From Bacilli bacterium (GTDB lineage: Bacteria; Bacillota_I; Bacilli_A; ML615J-28; CAG-313), in contig JAFQRV010000022.1 in the NCBI GenBank assembly GCA_017409905.1, positions 4,383 to 68,382 on the forward strand: a stretch of 64,000 nt of DNA. The letters are read 5' to 3'. The position numbers and the translations under genes are program-made. Within the stretch, counting starts at the first letter, position 1. Each line of letters starts with the position of its first letter. Below are positions 48,125 to 58,136 of this stretch, in pieces. The notes under the pieces were generated by a model, which did no database searches, was not told the DNA's origin, and saw only the letters and a list, made by a program, of their open reading frames with translations.

Positions 48125-48136
48125 GGAATAACAATT

Positions 48137-48173
48137 AAAAAAGACATAATAAGGTAATACCTTTATTATGTCT
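48137..48173 (-). terminator. Rho-independent terminator after the giant gene
   Basis: The stem AGACATAATAA..GG/CC..TTATTATGTCT is followed by UUUUUUAAUU on the minus strand, 17 nt after the stop. Confidence 0.7.
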
Positions 48174-48189
48174 TTTATTTTTTAGATGA

Positions 48190-51100
48190 CTATTCTAAAT
48201 CTTCCAAAGGAATTGTAATAGCGTATTCTAAAGCGTCTCCATAAATAGTAGGAACAAATGTTAATCTAATATCATACATTTCATCTGTTAATTCACTAAC
48301 GTTAATTCTGTTTAAAATGTCTTGTTCATTTGTAGAAACAGCCTTAGCTAAAGCGCTTTTAACATCTGCTAAACTAAATTTAATATATCTTCCAGTAGTA
48401 AGCATTGAAACTTTAACTTCATCTAATGGTAATTGGTTATCAATTGTACTTCCTTCAACATTTTCAACTAGGTATTCATCTTTAACAACAATTGAAACAA
48501 CAATTTGATATTCTTTGTATCCATAAGGATTATAATAACCTACAATAATAGAGTCACTATCAGAATCCATATCACTACAATCTTCCAATGTAACATTACC
48601 GTTTGCACCATTAGAGTTTTCGATACCACATCTATTACAATAGTAGTAATCGCCATTCCAATAGAAATTATGTTCATAAGGAACAACTTTATATTCATGA
48701 GAATACTTAGTATTTTCACATACAGAACATAATAAAGCAAATAGACCAGTACCTGATTGTGTACATGTTGGATATACTATTGTACCATAATATCTTTCTA
48801 ATCTACAACAAGAATGTTCATCTGTAGATATCTTACCATTATAATTTTGAGTTTCTACAACATGACATGTTGGAGTAAATGTATATTCTCTACAAATTTC
48901 ATAGAAATAATCTTCATATCCATATTCTTCTTTTACATCATTTGTATATGAATGAACTTCTTTATCATAAGTTGTATATTGATATCCCTTATAATAAATA
49001 TATTTTTGATGAGAATGAACTGTTTTGAAAATTACTTCATTCTTAGAAATATTACGAATAATGTCATATCCTTTTTCTTCAAATTCTAAAACTTGTCCTT
49101 CTTCATCATAAATAGTCTTTGAATAATAATCACAATTTTCACAATTTGATACTTCTTCAAGACCATCATCGGAAGTTTCTGAAACTAATTCATGTTTCCA
49201 GGCATTATAATATCTTCTAACATAAGTTTCTCCACAAATAGTACATGTACCAATTTCTTCATAATATTTATAGCATGGAATGTTTGTATTGTACTCAACT
49301 AATTCATATTCATAAGAATGATTAGTACCTGTAAATTGAACAAATTCATAATCCGGTTCTCTACCCTCAATTTCTTCAAGAGTCTCACAGTTTACATATA
49401 AATCACAATATTCTACATATTCACAACCATCATAAATTCTATAGTAATGAGCAATTATCTTAACAAAACATTGTGGTTCTGTAACAGCACACTTATAAAG
49501 ATAATAACTACCATCACTTTGTAAAGGTTTACAATCAATGTCTCCATATTCTTCATTTAATCCAGCAAATGAAACTACTTCTCCACATGCACATCCTGAA
49601 ACAACTATTTGTTCACCACAGATTGCGAATTCTTCATCCAAATCTATATATTGTTCATATGTATAATGATATTGATGAACTGTATAAGAATTTCTATCTC
49701 CACATTCAGAGCATACTTGAACTTCCCTTACACCATCTTCACAATTACCATATGGATTTACTAATTCATATTTAAATTCATAATTATGTGATTCATAAGA
49801 GCGTACTTTTAATGAAACTAATTCTTCATACTCATGTGTTTCAACATCATAATTAATAAATAAATCAGCATATTGATAAACATGACAATTTTTATGTTCT
49901 TCTCTTATAACATATTTAATACATAATCCTGTTGAATATTCATATATTAATAAATTGCCTTCATCATCCCAACGTTCTTCATATCCAAAGTTATAGCGAA
50001 GACCATTACTGTAATATCCACATGGACAACCATATTGATAAATTTGACCATTAACTCCGTATTTTGATAAATCTAAATAACTAACATATCCTTCACAATG
50101 ATAATAAGCATCATATTCATCCTCTATTTTATTACAGTTTTGACAAATTTCTACAACTCTTACACCATCATAACAATCATTAGATTCTGGCATTAATTCT
50201 ACAAACCTTCTAGTATAATGATTTGAATAAATTGAGCAATATTCATCTAAAGTACCTAATTCAACCTCACCATTATAATATTTAACAGTACGGAATTCTA
50301 CAACTAAACAATCAGCACAAGTTGCATAACCTGTAGTATAAACAATAGATATATTACCTGTTTCATCTGTTACAGTTTCAACCCTTAATTCAAATGTTGT
50401 TAGATCAAAACTATAATCCCAATAATTATACTCATTTACAAAGTTTTTATAAGCTTCAAATGCAGCAGTTGCATCAATTTGATTATCATAGTATTCTCTT
50501 GACTGATTTTGTAATTCAAATCCTACTTCTGAATACTCGAAACCGCTGTTTCCACATGGACAACCATATTTTTGAATATATGCTTCACTACCATATTGTT
50601 CAAATCTAATTGCATCTAATTCTATAGAAATACAATCATATTCTTTAGTCTTTAAAATGTAATCACATTCTTCACATTGACGAGAAACATACATACCATT
50701 TGAATGATTTTTGCCATTAATAAATTGATATCCAATAATATCACCAAATGAGTGTGCACATGTAATAAATGTTTGTTCAAATGATAAGTTTTTATTTACT
50801 ACATATTTAGATTCATTTTTATCATAATAACCAAATTCGATAATTAAAGTAGATTTCTTATTACATTCATCATATTCATCGAAAACAGCATAACGGAAGC
50901 ATAATCCATCTATAGTTGATCTATAGTAATCAATGTATTCATCTCTTTCTTCATCATAACTGTATTCATGAGAGAATTCATCACTATAATCAACACTTAA
51001 ATCATAACCACAAGCACATCCATTAACATAAATAATACCTGTACTATTACTCATTTCACTAATTTTACCAGCATCAATCACAGCAATGTGTCCATATTCA

Positions 51101-54100
51101 TGGTAGAATGAGTGCTCAGCAGATTCTTCATTGATTGCACCACAATCTGAACATTTTCTAATACTAAAGCATCCTTCATCACAACTTGCAGAACCTTCTA
51201 TTAATCCTACATAGTTTTCCCAAGAATGACTTTCTATAATCTCTTCTGTAACTTCAACATCTACAACAGCACCATTGAAATAGTACTTTTGTGTAGTAAT
51301 TCTCTTTTGGTGACATTCATCAACTGTAATATATTCACTACTAGCTTCACCAATTATAAAATCACAATCATAACATTTATAACCATAAACGTACTCATCA
51401 TTTATATATCCTGAATAATAACTCATATTAGCTTTGTTATAATCATCATAATTATACTTTCTTTCACCACATGGACATTCATATGTGTAATAATATGCAT
51501 GAGTGCAACCATATTCTTCAAAAGAACGTACTTGTTTTGAAAGTTCATAATGCCAATCGTATTCAGAAGTATATGAATAATCACAGAACTTACAAGTGTA
51601 AATTACTTTAACGCCTTCTTCACAATTTTCTTCTTCAGTTAAGAATTCGTATTCATACTCATATTTATGTCTTGCATATTCAGAAGTATGAATCTTATAT
51701 TCATATTCTCCACTGTAACTATAACTATCGAAGTTAATATATAAAATATATTCATTCTTTTCAAGACATCCTTCTGTTGTGCTATGATCCATTAAACCAA
51801 CTGTTACACCATCAACAGTTGCAGCATAACTATCATTTGGATTTCCTTGTGGTTGCATATGATAATCAAGACTAATTAATTTTTCACCAAAAATATAAAC
51901 CATTTCAGGTTCATAAGTATTGTGTGTTTCTTCTTGATGAATACAACAACCTTGACGATATACTTTATAATCTGAACCATATTCTTTTAAATCATGAATT
52001 ACTGAATAGTAAGAATAATAACCATATTCTTTATGTGGACAGTCATATAATACTTCTTCTCCAAGAATCTCATGACAATTTCTACACATTTTAGTAACTT
52101 TTACGCCTTCTTCACAAGTTGATGCGCCTTCAATTAATTCACCAAAATAGATTATATTATGATTTTCTTGTTCTTCAACAACTTTTACTTCTTTTACTAT
52201 AACATCACCAAATGATACTAAGAAGCTAACAGTTGTTATTGAATTACAATTATTATAAGGATTAGCTGACATATAATTTCTATCAGTTACTATAGTTAAA
52301 TTACATTTACTACATTTATATGTCTCATTTTCCCCTTCGTAATGCCAACCACCATCAACAACAAAATCAATACCATTATAAGAGCATGCGCAATTACGCA
52401 TTTCAACAGTGTGTTCACATTCTCCATCAAATTCTGATACATCAATTATTTCCATATATTTCATATGAGAATAATTAGTAGGCATTTCAAATGAATGATT
52501 ACAATCTGAACAAGTTAATGTAGTATCAACACCAGAATAACAATCTTTTGTTTCAGATAAAAATTCATGTGTTGGCACATATGTATGTTCTTTTACTGCA
52601 TATGTAATATATTCAAAACCACATCTATCACAAATATAATATTGTTTTGCGACACTTCCACATTTTTCTGGTGTGATTGATCTAGTTTCATCTAAAACAT
52701 ATTTATGTTCACAATTGTAGAAATCATCTACATAAATAGTATTAAATGTGTAATATTCACTATCATATTCTCCATGATAATCATAATCTTCATCTACTTC
52801 TTCAGTCTTAACTAAATCACCAGTATAGTAATCATAATATGTTTTTTCTATTTTTTCTTCAGATATATATTTACTTTCAAAAACATATGAAACATATTCA
52901 TTGCCGTCCTCAGTTGCAATTAAAATTCCATAATTTTCTAAGAAGTTGTAATATTTTGAAGAATAAGTTCTATTATATTCAACTCTATATAAATAATATT
53001 TACCAGTTTCAGGGTCATATTCTCCTTCAACATCTGTATAAACACTACTATCAGTATAACCTTCTACAAGAACTGATTTTCCTTCTAATTCATCATAATA
53101 ATATTCTTTATTATCAATTATAGAATTTAAATCATATTCTTCTACTTTCTTCATTACATTCTTCTTAGCTGTAGTGTAATCAATATATGAATTATAATCG
53201 TTTGTTAAATTAACTTTAAGATTACAATTATCAACATTCTTAACAACGATTTCAATATTATTTAAATAACTTGATTTACTAATGCTAATGTTTACACCAA
53301 AATATTTATCTAAAATATGAACGATAGCATCGAATTCATCTTTATCAATACCTTCTCCCTCAGCAAATGAAACGCCTGTAATTTCCTCAATAAAGGAATC
53401 AATACTGTCTTTTATTTCATCTTCAGAATCACCTGATAATTTAGAAACAAATGATACGAAAGTATATTCTTTTAATTTTTCACGATTAATTACTGCTGAT
53501 AAACCATAAACATCTTTAATGAATTCATATAATGATTTATATTCGCCTTCAGAAACTAATTCAACTAATTCATTTACTTTATCTTCAATTTCACTAAATT
53601 TAGTTCCAAAAGTTTCAAATTTATCTAATAAATCGCCAAGAGTCATTGTCTTAAGATCTTCGATAAATTTCATTATATCTCTACCTAATAATTCATCTAC
53701 TGGAGTATATAATAAATCAGTTAGAATTAATTCAAATGCGTTTTCTTTGCTACTGAATATATATTCTTTATCAGTTTCTTCCAATTCAAAGTAACTTGCA
53801 AAAATCTTTTGTACTAATTCAGCAACAAAATCTTGACTTAATAAGTTTTCTGCGATTTTCTTAATAGTAGGACCAAACTTCTTAAGTTCTTTAATAGCTT
53901 GTGCTGCATAGAAAATCTCATTATCATATCTATGTTCTTCAGCATTAGAATTAAATAATAAATTTAATGGAATATAGATAACTTCTGGATAATCATCATT
54001 AATTAATTTTTCAATATTATTAAATAATACATATAAATTATTATCTTCAATTAAAGCATATGCTTCTACTTCAACTTCTTGGTTTGCACCAGTATTGAAA

Positions 54101-56802
54101 ATAACACTAGCATATGCATATCCTTCTACTACATCTTCACTATCTAAATTTACATGTACTTCTAATTTACCAATTCTATTAAATAAATAGAACAATTCCA
54201 TTTCGCCCATTTCTTCAGCAATTAAATACTTCCAACTTTCAGGAACTGTTACATTTTCCATATGAATAGTAATGTCAGTATCAACTAAATTAGTAGCAAA
54301 ATCACTAAAGAATTCTTTTCCTAAAGTTTCAATTCCACAAATAGTACATGCAAATTCGTCGAATTGGTGTCCAAGAGCATCAACAAAATTACTCTTCTTT
54401 TCAAATTGACAAATACTACATACGTCTTTTGTATAACCTTTTTCTGTACATGTTGGTTCAACAGTTGATGTATTAAAGTTGTGATCACAACCAGTACCAC
54501 AAACAGAACATACACCATTAACTATTGTATGGTTAGTTGTCTTTTCTTCACCAACAACATTACATATTACACAATACTTAGCTTCTGCACAAGTTGCAGC
54601 TTCAATATTCCAAGTATGAGCTTCATCAACATATGTATCAATATAATTATCATCACAATTTGAACATTGATGTAATGTATAACCTTTTTCTGTACATGTA
54701 GGTTCTACTACTATTTCTTGATATTTATGACCTGTTGCTTTAGCATGATTATCTGTTTTTTCATATTCACAAACAGTACACTTAGATGTACGATATCCAT
54801 CAGTTGTACATGTAACTTTAACAATTGTTATTTCAAATGTATGAGGTTTTTGTTTTTCATACTTTGTAATTTCTTTGTCACAGTTTTCATTTGTACATTC
54901 ATGAATTGTATAACCAGATTCTTTACATGTTGCATCTTTTTGTTCTTTTAATTCATAATTATGGCCTAATGGTTTAATATATTCGATATCTTTATATTCA
55001 CATTTAGCACATTCTTTTTCTACATAGCCTCTTGCTTCACAAGTAGGTTCTACTCTTGTAGATATAAATGTATGCCCTGTAGCTTTTTCAATATCACTGA
55101 TTTGTGATTCACCACATCTACTACAAATTGAAAGTTTGTAGCCATCTGCAGTACAAGTTTTTTCATAGACTTTTTCTGTGAACCAGTGACCATATAATTT
55201 ACAACGATCAGCAGCTGATAATCTAATTACAGAGTAGTAAGAGAAGTGACTAGTTTCAAAAGTGGCTGTACCATTTGAATAACTTGCAGGAATAGATTCA
55301 ACTTCACCCAAATCGTTAATATACCAAATTGCTATAGATTCTGGATCTTCTCCAGGAGCTAATTCGTAAGGAACTGTTACTGTTACAACACCATTAAATT
55401 CAGTTACATTACTACCATCTTGTTCCATTAAGAAATTATAAATCTTGTTATCACCAAGAGCTTCTTTTTTATCTTCCGGTAATGAATTTACAATTTCATC
55501 TCTATATTCATTTTCAACAGTGTCAGCAGTTAATGTAATATCAGAACTACCTAAATTATCGATTGTATCATTATCTAATTTAATAGTAGCATTTTTTAAA
55601 GCAACTTCGTTAGAAGCTAAAATATCTTTACTTAGTTCAGTAGAAACTTCAGTTTTCGCTAAAACAATTGTTTTAGTTTCATGGCAATGTTCACATTCAT
55701 ATTCCTTCACATTTCCACTTGATGAAGAATTAATTTCAACAAAGTTATGTGCATTGGCATTTGAATATGGCTTATCATATTCATTGTTACAATCTTGACA
55801 TTCAAAATGATATGTACCTTCATGGCTACATGTAGCTAATACACCAATAGAAGTTACATAATTGTGTTTCTCAACAATTTCTTTCTTTTCTACCATTTGG
55901 TTACATAGTTTACAGAAACCTTTATAAATTTCTTCTGCTTGACAAGTCTTATTAGCAAGTGCTTGAGTAGAAACAAAAGTCCATTTAGAAACGTTATGAC
56001 CAGTAGATGTAACAGTAATATTACGATATTGATCACCACATTCACTACATTCATATACTTCGAATCCATCTTCACTACAAGTAACTAAAGAAGTATTAAC
56101 TAAAACATAATTATGTTCTAATTTTTCATTTTCTACAGAACAAATTAAGCAAGTTTGACCGTTTTCACAAGTTGCTTTAGGACTATCCCAACTATGGCCC
56201 AACGGTTCTACTTCAATAACTTCATTATAATCACATAGAGAACAAGTAACGTTAGTAATACCAGCAGTTAAACAACCTGCTTCTTTTACAACTTCTTCTT
56301 TGTGATCATGTCTCATATTAGTTTCTTGACCACATTCGCATATTCCTCTATGCCAATTATTATCAACATTTACATAAGTGTAATTGTGAGCTAATCTTTC
56401 TCCAAATTGTTTTTTACATACAGAACAAATTGCTTTGCTTGAACAAGTTGCAGGAGTTCCTTCAACGTGTCCTTTTGCAAGAACGACTTTTTCTTCAGTA
56501 TATTCACAAACTGTACATGTATATAAAGTTCTTCCATCTTCTACACATGTTGGATTACTAATAACTACACCTTCATTCCAATTATGTTCTTCTAACATAG
56601 GAATTGTTTCTTTACGTACTTCATCACAACCAGTACAGTGATATGTAATAACACCTTCACTCATACATGTTGCATTAGTTGTAATTGTACCTTGATCCCA
56701 GGTATGAGTATTATGGCGTAATAAAACGATACCTAATACAGCACCAACAATTACGACTAATGATGAAATACCAATAATTAAAAATTTAATGGATTTTTTC
56801 AT
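48190..56802 (-). CDS. Giant membrane-anchored, Cys/His-repeat surface protein (about 2870 aa); no family recognised
   Basis: A single ORF. The likely start is MKKSIKF at 56802 (RBS AAAGGA 9 nt upstream); the track start at 56820 would be almost leaderless. It has an N-terminal signal-anchor, FLIIGISSLVVIVGAVLGIVLL. About 19 short H-x(8-12)-C-x(7-10)-C-x2-C units fall in two blocks. A beta-sandwich-like domain ends HFSYYSVI. Next comes a Cys-free helical and acidic region of about 500 aa. After that come seven or eight larger Cys/Tyr-rich modules with a recurring GC(P/A)CG motif. Confidence 0.85.
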   Translation of the reverse strand: MKKSIKFLIIGISSLVVIVGAVLGIVLLRHNTHTWDQGTITTNATCMSEGVITYHCTGCDEVRKETIPMLEEHNWNEGVVISNPTCVEDGRTLYTCTVCEYTEEKVVLAKGHVEGTPATCSSKAICSVCKKQFGERLAHNYTYVNVDNNWHRGICECGQETNMRHDHKEEVVKEAGCLTAGITNVTCSLCDYNEVIEVEPLGHSWDSPKATCENGQTCLICSVENEKLEHNYVLVNTSLVTCSEDGFEVYECSECGDQYRNITVTSTGHNVSKWTFVSTQALANKTCQAEEIYKGFCKLCNQMVEKKEIVEKHNYVTSIGVLATCSHEGTYHFECQDCNNEYDKPYSNANAHNFVEINSSSSGNVKEYECEHCHETKTIVLAKTEVSTELSKDILASNEVALKNATIKLDNDTIDNLGSSDITLTADTVENEYRDEIVNSLPEDKKEALGDNKIYNFLMEQDGSNVTEFNGVVTVTVPYELAPGEDPESIAIWYINDLGEVESIPASYSNGTATFETSHFSYYSVIRLSAADRCKLYGHWFTEKVYEKTCTADGYKLSICSRCGESQISDIEKATGHTFISTRVEPTCEARGYVEKECAKCEYKDIEYIKPLGHNYELKEQKDATCKESGYTIHECTNENCDKEITKYEKQKPHTFEITIVKVTCTTDGYRTSKCTVCEYEKTDNHAKATGHKYQEIVVEPTCTEKGYTLHQCSNCDDNYIDTYVDEAHTWNIEAATCAEAKYCVICNVVGEEKTTNHTIVNGVCSVCGTGCDHNFNTSTVEPTCTEKGYTKDVCSICQFEKKSNFVDALGHQFDEFACTICGIETLGKEFFSDFATNLVDTDITIHMENVTVPESWKYLIAEEMGEMELFYLFNRIGKLEVHVNLDSEDVVEGYAYASVIFNTGANQEVEVEAYALIEDNNLYVLFNNIEKLINDDYPEVIYIPLNLLFNSNAEEHRYDNEIFYAAQAIKELKKFGPTIKKIAENLLSQDFVAELVQKIFASYFELEETDKEYIFSSKENAFELILTDLLYTPVDELLGRDIMKFIEDLKTMTLGDLLDKFETFGTKFSEIEDKVNELVELVSEGEYKSLYEFIKDVYGLSAVINREKLKEYTFVSFVSKLSGDSEDEIKDSIDSFIEEITGVSFAEGEGIDKDEFDAIVHILDKYFGVNISISKSSYLNNIEIVVKNVDNCNLKVNLTNDYNSYIDYTTAKKNVMKKVEEYDLNSIIDNKEYYYDELEGKSVLVEGYTDSSVYTDVEGEYDPETGKYYLYRVEYNRTYSSKYYNFLENYGILIATEDGNEYVSYVFESKYISEEKIEKTYYDYYTGDLVKTEEVDEDYDYHGEYDSEYYTFNTIYVDDFYNCEHKYVLDETRSITPEKCGSVAKQYYICDRCGFEYITYAVKEHTYVPTHEFLSETKDCYSGVDTTLTCSDCNHSFEMPTNYSHMKYMEIIDVSEFDGECEHTVEMRNCACSYNGIDFVVDGGWHYEGENETYKCSKCNLTIVTDRNYMSANPYNNCNSITTVSFLVSFGDVIVKEVKVVEEQENHNIIYFGELIEGASTCEEGVKVTKMCRNCHEILGEEVLYDCPHKEYGYYSYYSVIHDLKEYGSDYKVYRQGCCIHQEETHNTYEPEMVYIFGEKLISLDYHMQPQGNPNDSYAATVDGVTVGLMDHSTTEGCLEKNEYILYINFDSYSYSGEYEYKIHTSEYARHKYEYEYEFLTEEENCEEGVKVIYTCKFCDYSYTSEYDWHYELSKQVRSFEEYGCTHAYYYTYECPCGERKYNYDDYNKANMSYYSGYINDEYVYGYKCYDCDFIIGEASSEYITVDECHQKRITTQKYYFNGAVVDVEVTEEIIESHSWENYVGLIEGSASCDEGCFSIRKCSDCGAINEESAEHSFYHEYGHIAVIDAGKISEMSNSTGIIYVNGCACGYDLSVDYSDEFSHEYSYDEERDEYIDYYRSTIDGLCFRYAVFDEYDECNKKSTLIIEFGYYDKNESKYVVNKNLSFEQTFITCAHSFGDIIGYQFINGKNHSNGMYVSRQCEECDYILKTKEYDCISIELDAIRFEQYGSEAYIQKYGCPCGNSGFEYSEVGFELQNQSREYYDNQIDATAAFEAYKNFVNEYNYWDYSFDLTTFELRVETVTDETGNISIVYTTGYATCADCLVVEFRTVKYYNGEVELGTLDEYCSIYSNHYTRRFVELMPESNDCYDGVRVVEICQNCNKIEDEYDAYYHCEGYVSYLDLSKYGVNGQIYQYGCPCGYYSNGLRYNFGYEERWDDEGNLLIYEYSTGLCIKYVIREEHKNCHVYQYADLFINYDVETHEYEELVSLKVRSYESHNYEFKYELVNPYGNCEDGVREVQVCSECGDRNSYTVHQYHYTYEQYIDLDEEFAICGEQIVVSGCACGEVVSFAGLNEEYGDIDCKPLQSDGSYYLYKCAVTEPQCFVKIIAHYYRIYDGCEYVEYCDLYVNCETLEEIEGREPDYEFVQFTGTNHSYEYELVEYNTNIPCYKYYEEIGTCTICGETYVRRYYNAWKHELVSETSDDGLEEVSNCENCDYYSKTIYDEEGQVLEFEEKGYDIIRNISKNEVIFKTVHSHQKYIYYKGYQYTTYDKEVHSYTNDVKEEYGYEDYFYEICREYTFTPTCHVVETQNYNGKISTDEHSCCRLERYYGTIVYPTCTQSGTGLFALLCSVCENTKYSHEYKVVPYEHNFYWNGDYYYCNRCGIENSNGANGNVTLEDCSDMDSDSDSIIVGYYNPYGYKEYQIVVSIVVKDEYLVENVEGSTIDNQLPLDEVKVSMLTTGRYIKFSLADVKSALAKAVSTNEQDILNRINVSELTDEMYDIRLTFVPTIYGDALEYAITIPLEDLE

Positions 56803-56834
56803 TTCTCTAATTCCTTTCATTTGAAATTCACATT

Positions 56835-56863
56835 ATTATACCTCATTTTAAAATTTTTTTCAA
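56835..56863 (-). promoter_or_regulatory. Candidate sigma-A promoter for the giant gene
   Basis: The minus strand reads TTGAAA-17 nt-TATAAT, ending 14 nt before the first ATG (56820) and 32 nt before the preferred ATG (56802). Confidence 0.5.
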
Positions 56864-56894
56864 GGTAACTATAAATATTATATTTTTGAAAAGA

Positions 56895-56924
56895 CAAAAA
56901 AAGAATTAGATATTTCTAATTCTT
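56895..56924 (-). terminator. Rho-independent terminator after the S58 peptidase gene
   Basis: The stem AGAATTAGA/TCTAATTCT is followed by U7 on the minus strand. Confidence 0.7.
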
Positions 56925-56953
56925 TTGTTTTTACCAAGTAATAATTTCCTACT

Positions 56954-58000
56954 TTATTTTTTAAGCAAATCTTTATATAAATCAATATACTCAGTTAAAG
57001 ATTTATAATAAATCCCATTATAACTTCTAATGCCATCTGCATGAAACATCGAATTTAACACTGCTTCTTCTGTCGCATCAACAACTGCTTTAAAAGCCTT
57101 ATTAATAAAGTTATCTGAAAAACGGATAACATTTTCGACTTGATTTTCAGTGTAGTGTTTAATCATATTTTGAGTTGAAAATGCTACCATTATATCCCCA
57201 CTACCATTTCCAGCATATGATCCTGTTCTTGAAATTCCTAGTTCTGCTCTTTTACAAAGTCTTTCTAATTGTCTACTATCTAATGGTAAATCAGTCGCAA
57301 TAACAACAATAATACTTCCTTTATCTTCTTCTTTTTTTAGATTGTAATCTTTAATTAAAGGCCCCATGTGTCGACCTTTAATTATTAAATCTTCTCCATT
57401 TGAACTACCAAAATTGCTATTTACTAATACTCCTATTGTATAATCAATATCTTCAATATTAATTATTCTAGAAGATGATCCAATCCCACCTTTAAATCCA
57501 TGACATTTCATCCCACATCCAGCACCAATACTACCTTCTGAAAAATCAACTCTTGCATCATGAATAGCAGAAATTAAACTATCAAAATTTAATACTCTAT
57601 CTTGAATATCATTAATTGAACCATCATTACATTCTAAAATAATTGGATTAATTGTTGATGTAGTTCTACCAATATCACTATTTTCAGTTAACATATAATC
57701 AATTAAAGCATCACTTACTTTACCGACCGATAATGTATTAGTTAAAATAATTGGTGTTTCAATACTTCCAAGTTCATTTACTTGTACAAGTCCTATAGAT
57801 TTACCAAAACCATTATAAACATAACTTCCAGCAACAACTTTATTTTTAAATAAATTACCAGAATGTGGTAATATTGTTGTTATGCCAGTATTATTTTTAC
57901 CATTACATATTGTATAATGTCCTACTAATACTCCTTCAACATCACAAATATTATTATTTATTCCTGTTGGAAAATCGCCAATTTTTATTAATCTTTTCAT
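56954..58000 (-). CDS. P1/S58 family peptidase (DmpA-type aminopeptidase)
   Basis: 348 aa with NTGITTILPH, NGFGKS and GAGCGMKCHGFKGGIGSSSR, motifs I associate with the DmpA/S58 Ntn-hydrolase family. Confidence 0.65.
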   Translation of the reverse strand: MKRLIKIGDFPTGINNNICDVEGVLVGHYTICNGKNNTGITTILPHSGNLFKNKVVAGSYVYNGFGKSIGLVQVNELGSIETPIILTNTLSVGKVSDALIDYMLTENSDIGRTTSTINPIILECNDGSINDIQDRVLNFDSLISAIHDARVDFSEGSIGAGCGMKCHGFKGGIGSSSRIINIEDIDYTIGVLVNSNFGSSNGEDLIIKGRHMGPLIKDYNLKKEEDKGSIIVVIATDLPLDSRQLERLCKRAELGISRTGSYAGNGSGDIMVAFSTQNMIKHYTENQVENVIRFSDNFINKAFKAVVDATEEAVLNSMFHADGIRSYNGIYYKSLTEYIDLYKDLLKK

Positions 58001-58136
58001 GTTCTTTCCTCTTATCTTTTATATTATAACATATCTAACATTATTTATAAAATAATAAACTAATACTTTTCTTATTTTTACAACATTAATAAATTTTATG
58101 ATATAATATAAATACATTGTAAAAGAGGTTATAAAT

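Noticed and set aside
56803-56820. First ATG of the giant ORF (MKGIRE...)
   Set aside because: It lies only 14 nt after the predicted -10 box and has no RBS. The second ATG (56802) follows AAAGGA at a good distance. I kept it as an alternative in the feature evidence and did not rule it out.
48190-56820. Considered whether the periodic sequence in this region is a CRISPR array or a tandem DNA repeat
   Set aside because: It is one uninterrupted ORF. The periodicity is at the protein-motif level, and the repeat units are diverged at the nucleotide level with no constant direct repeat.
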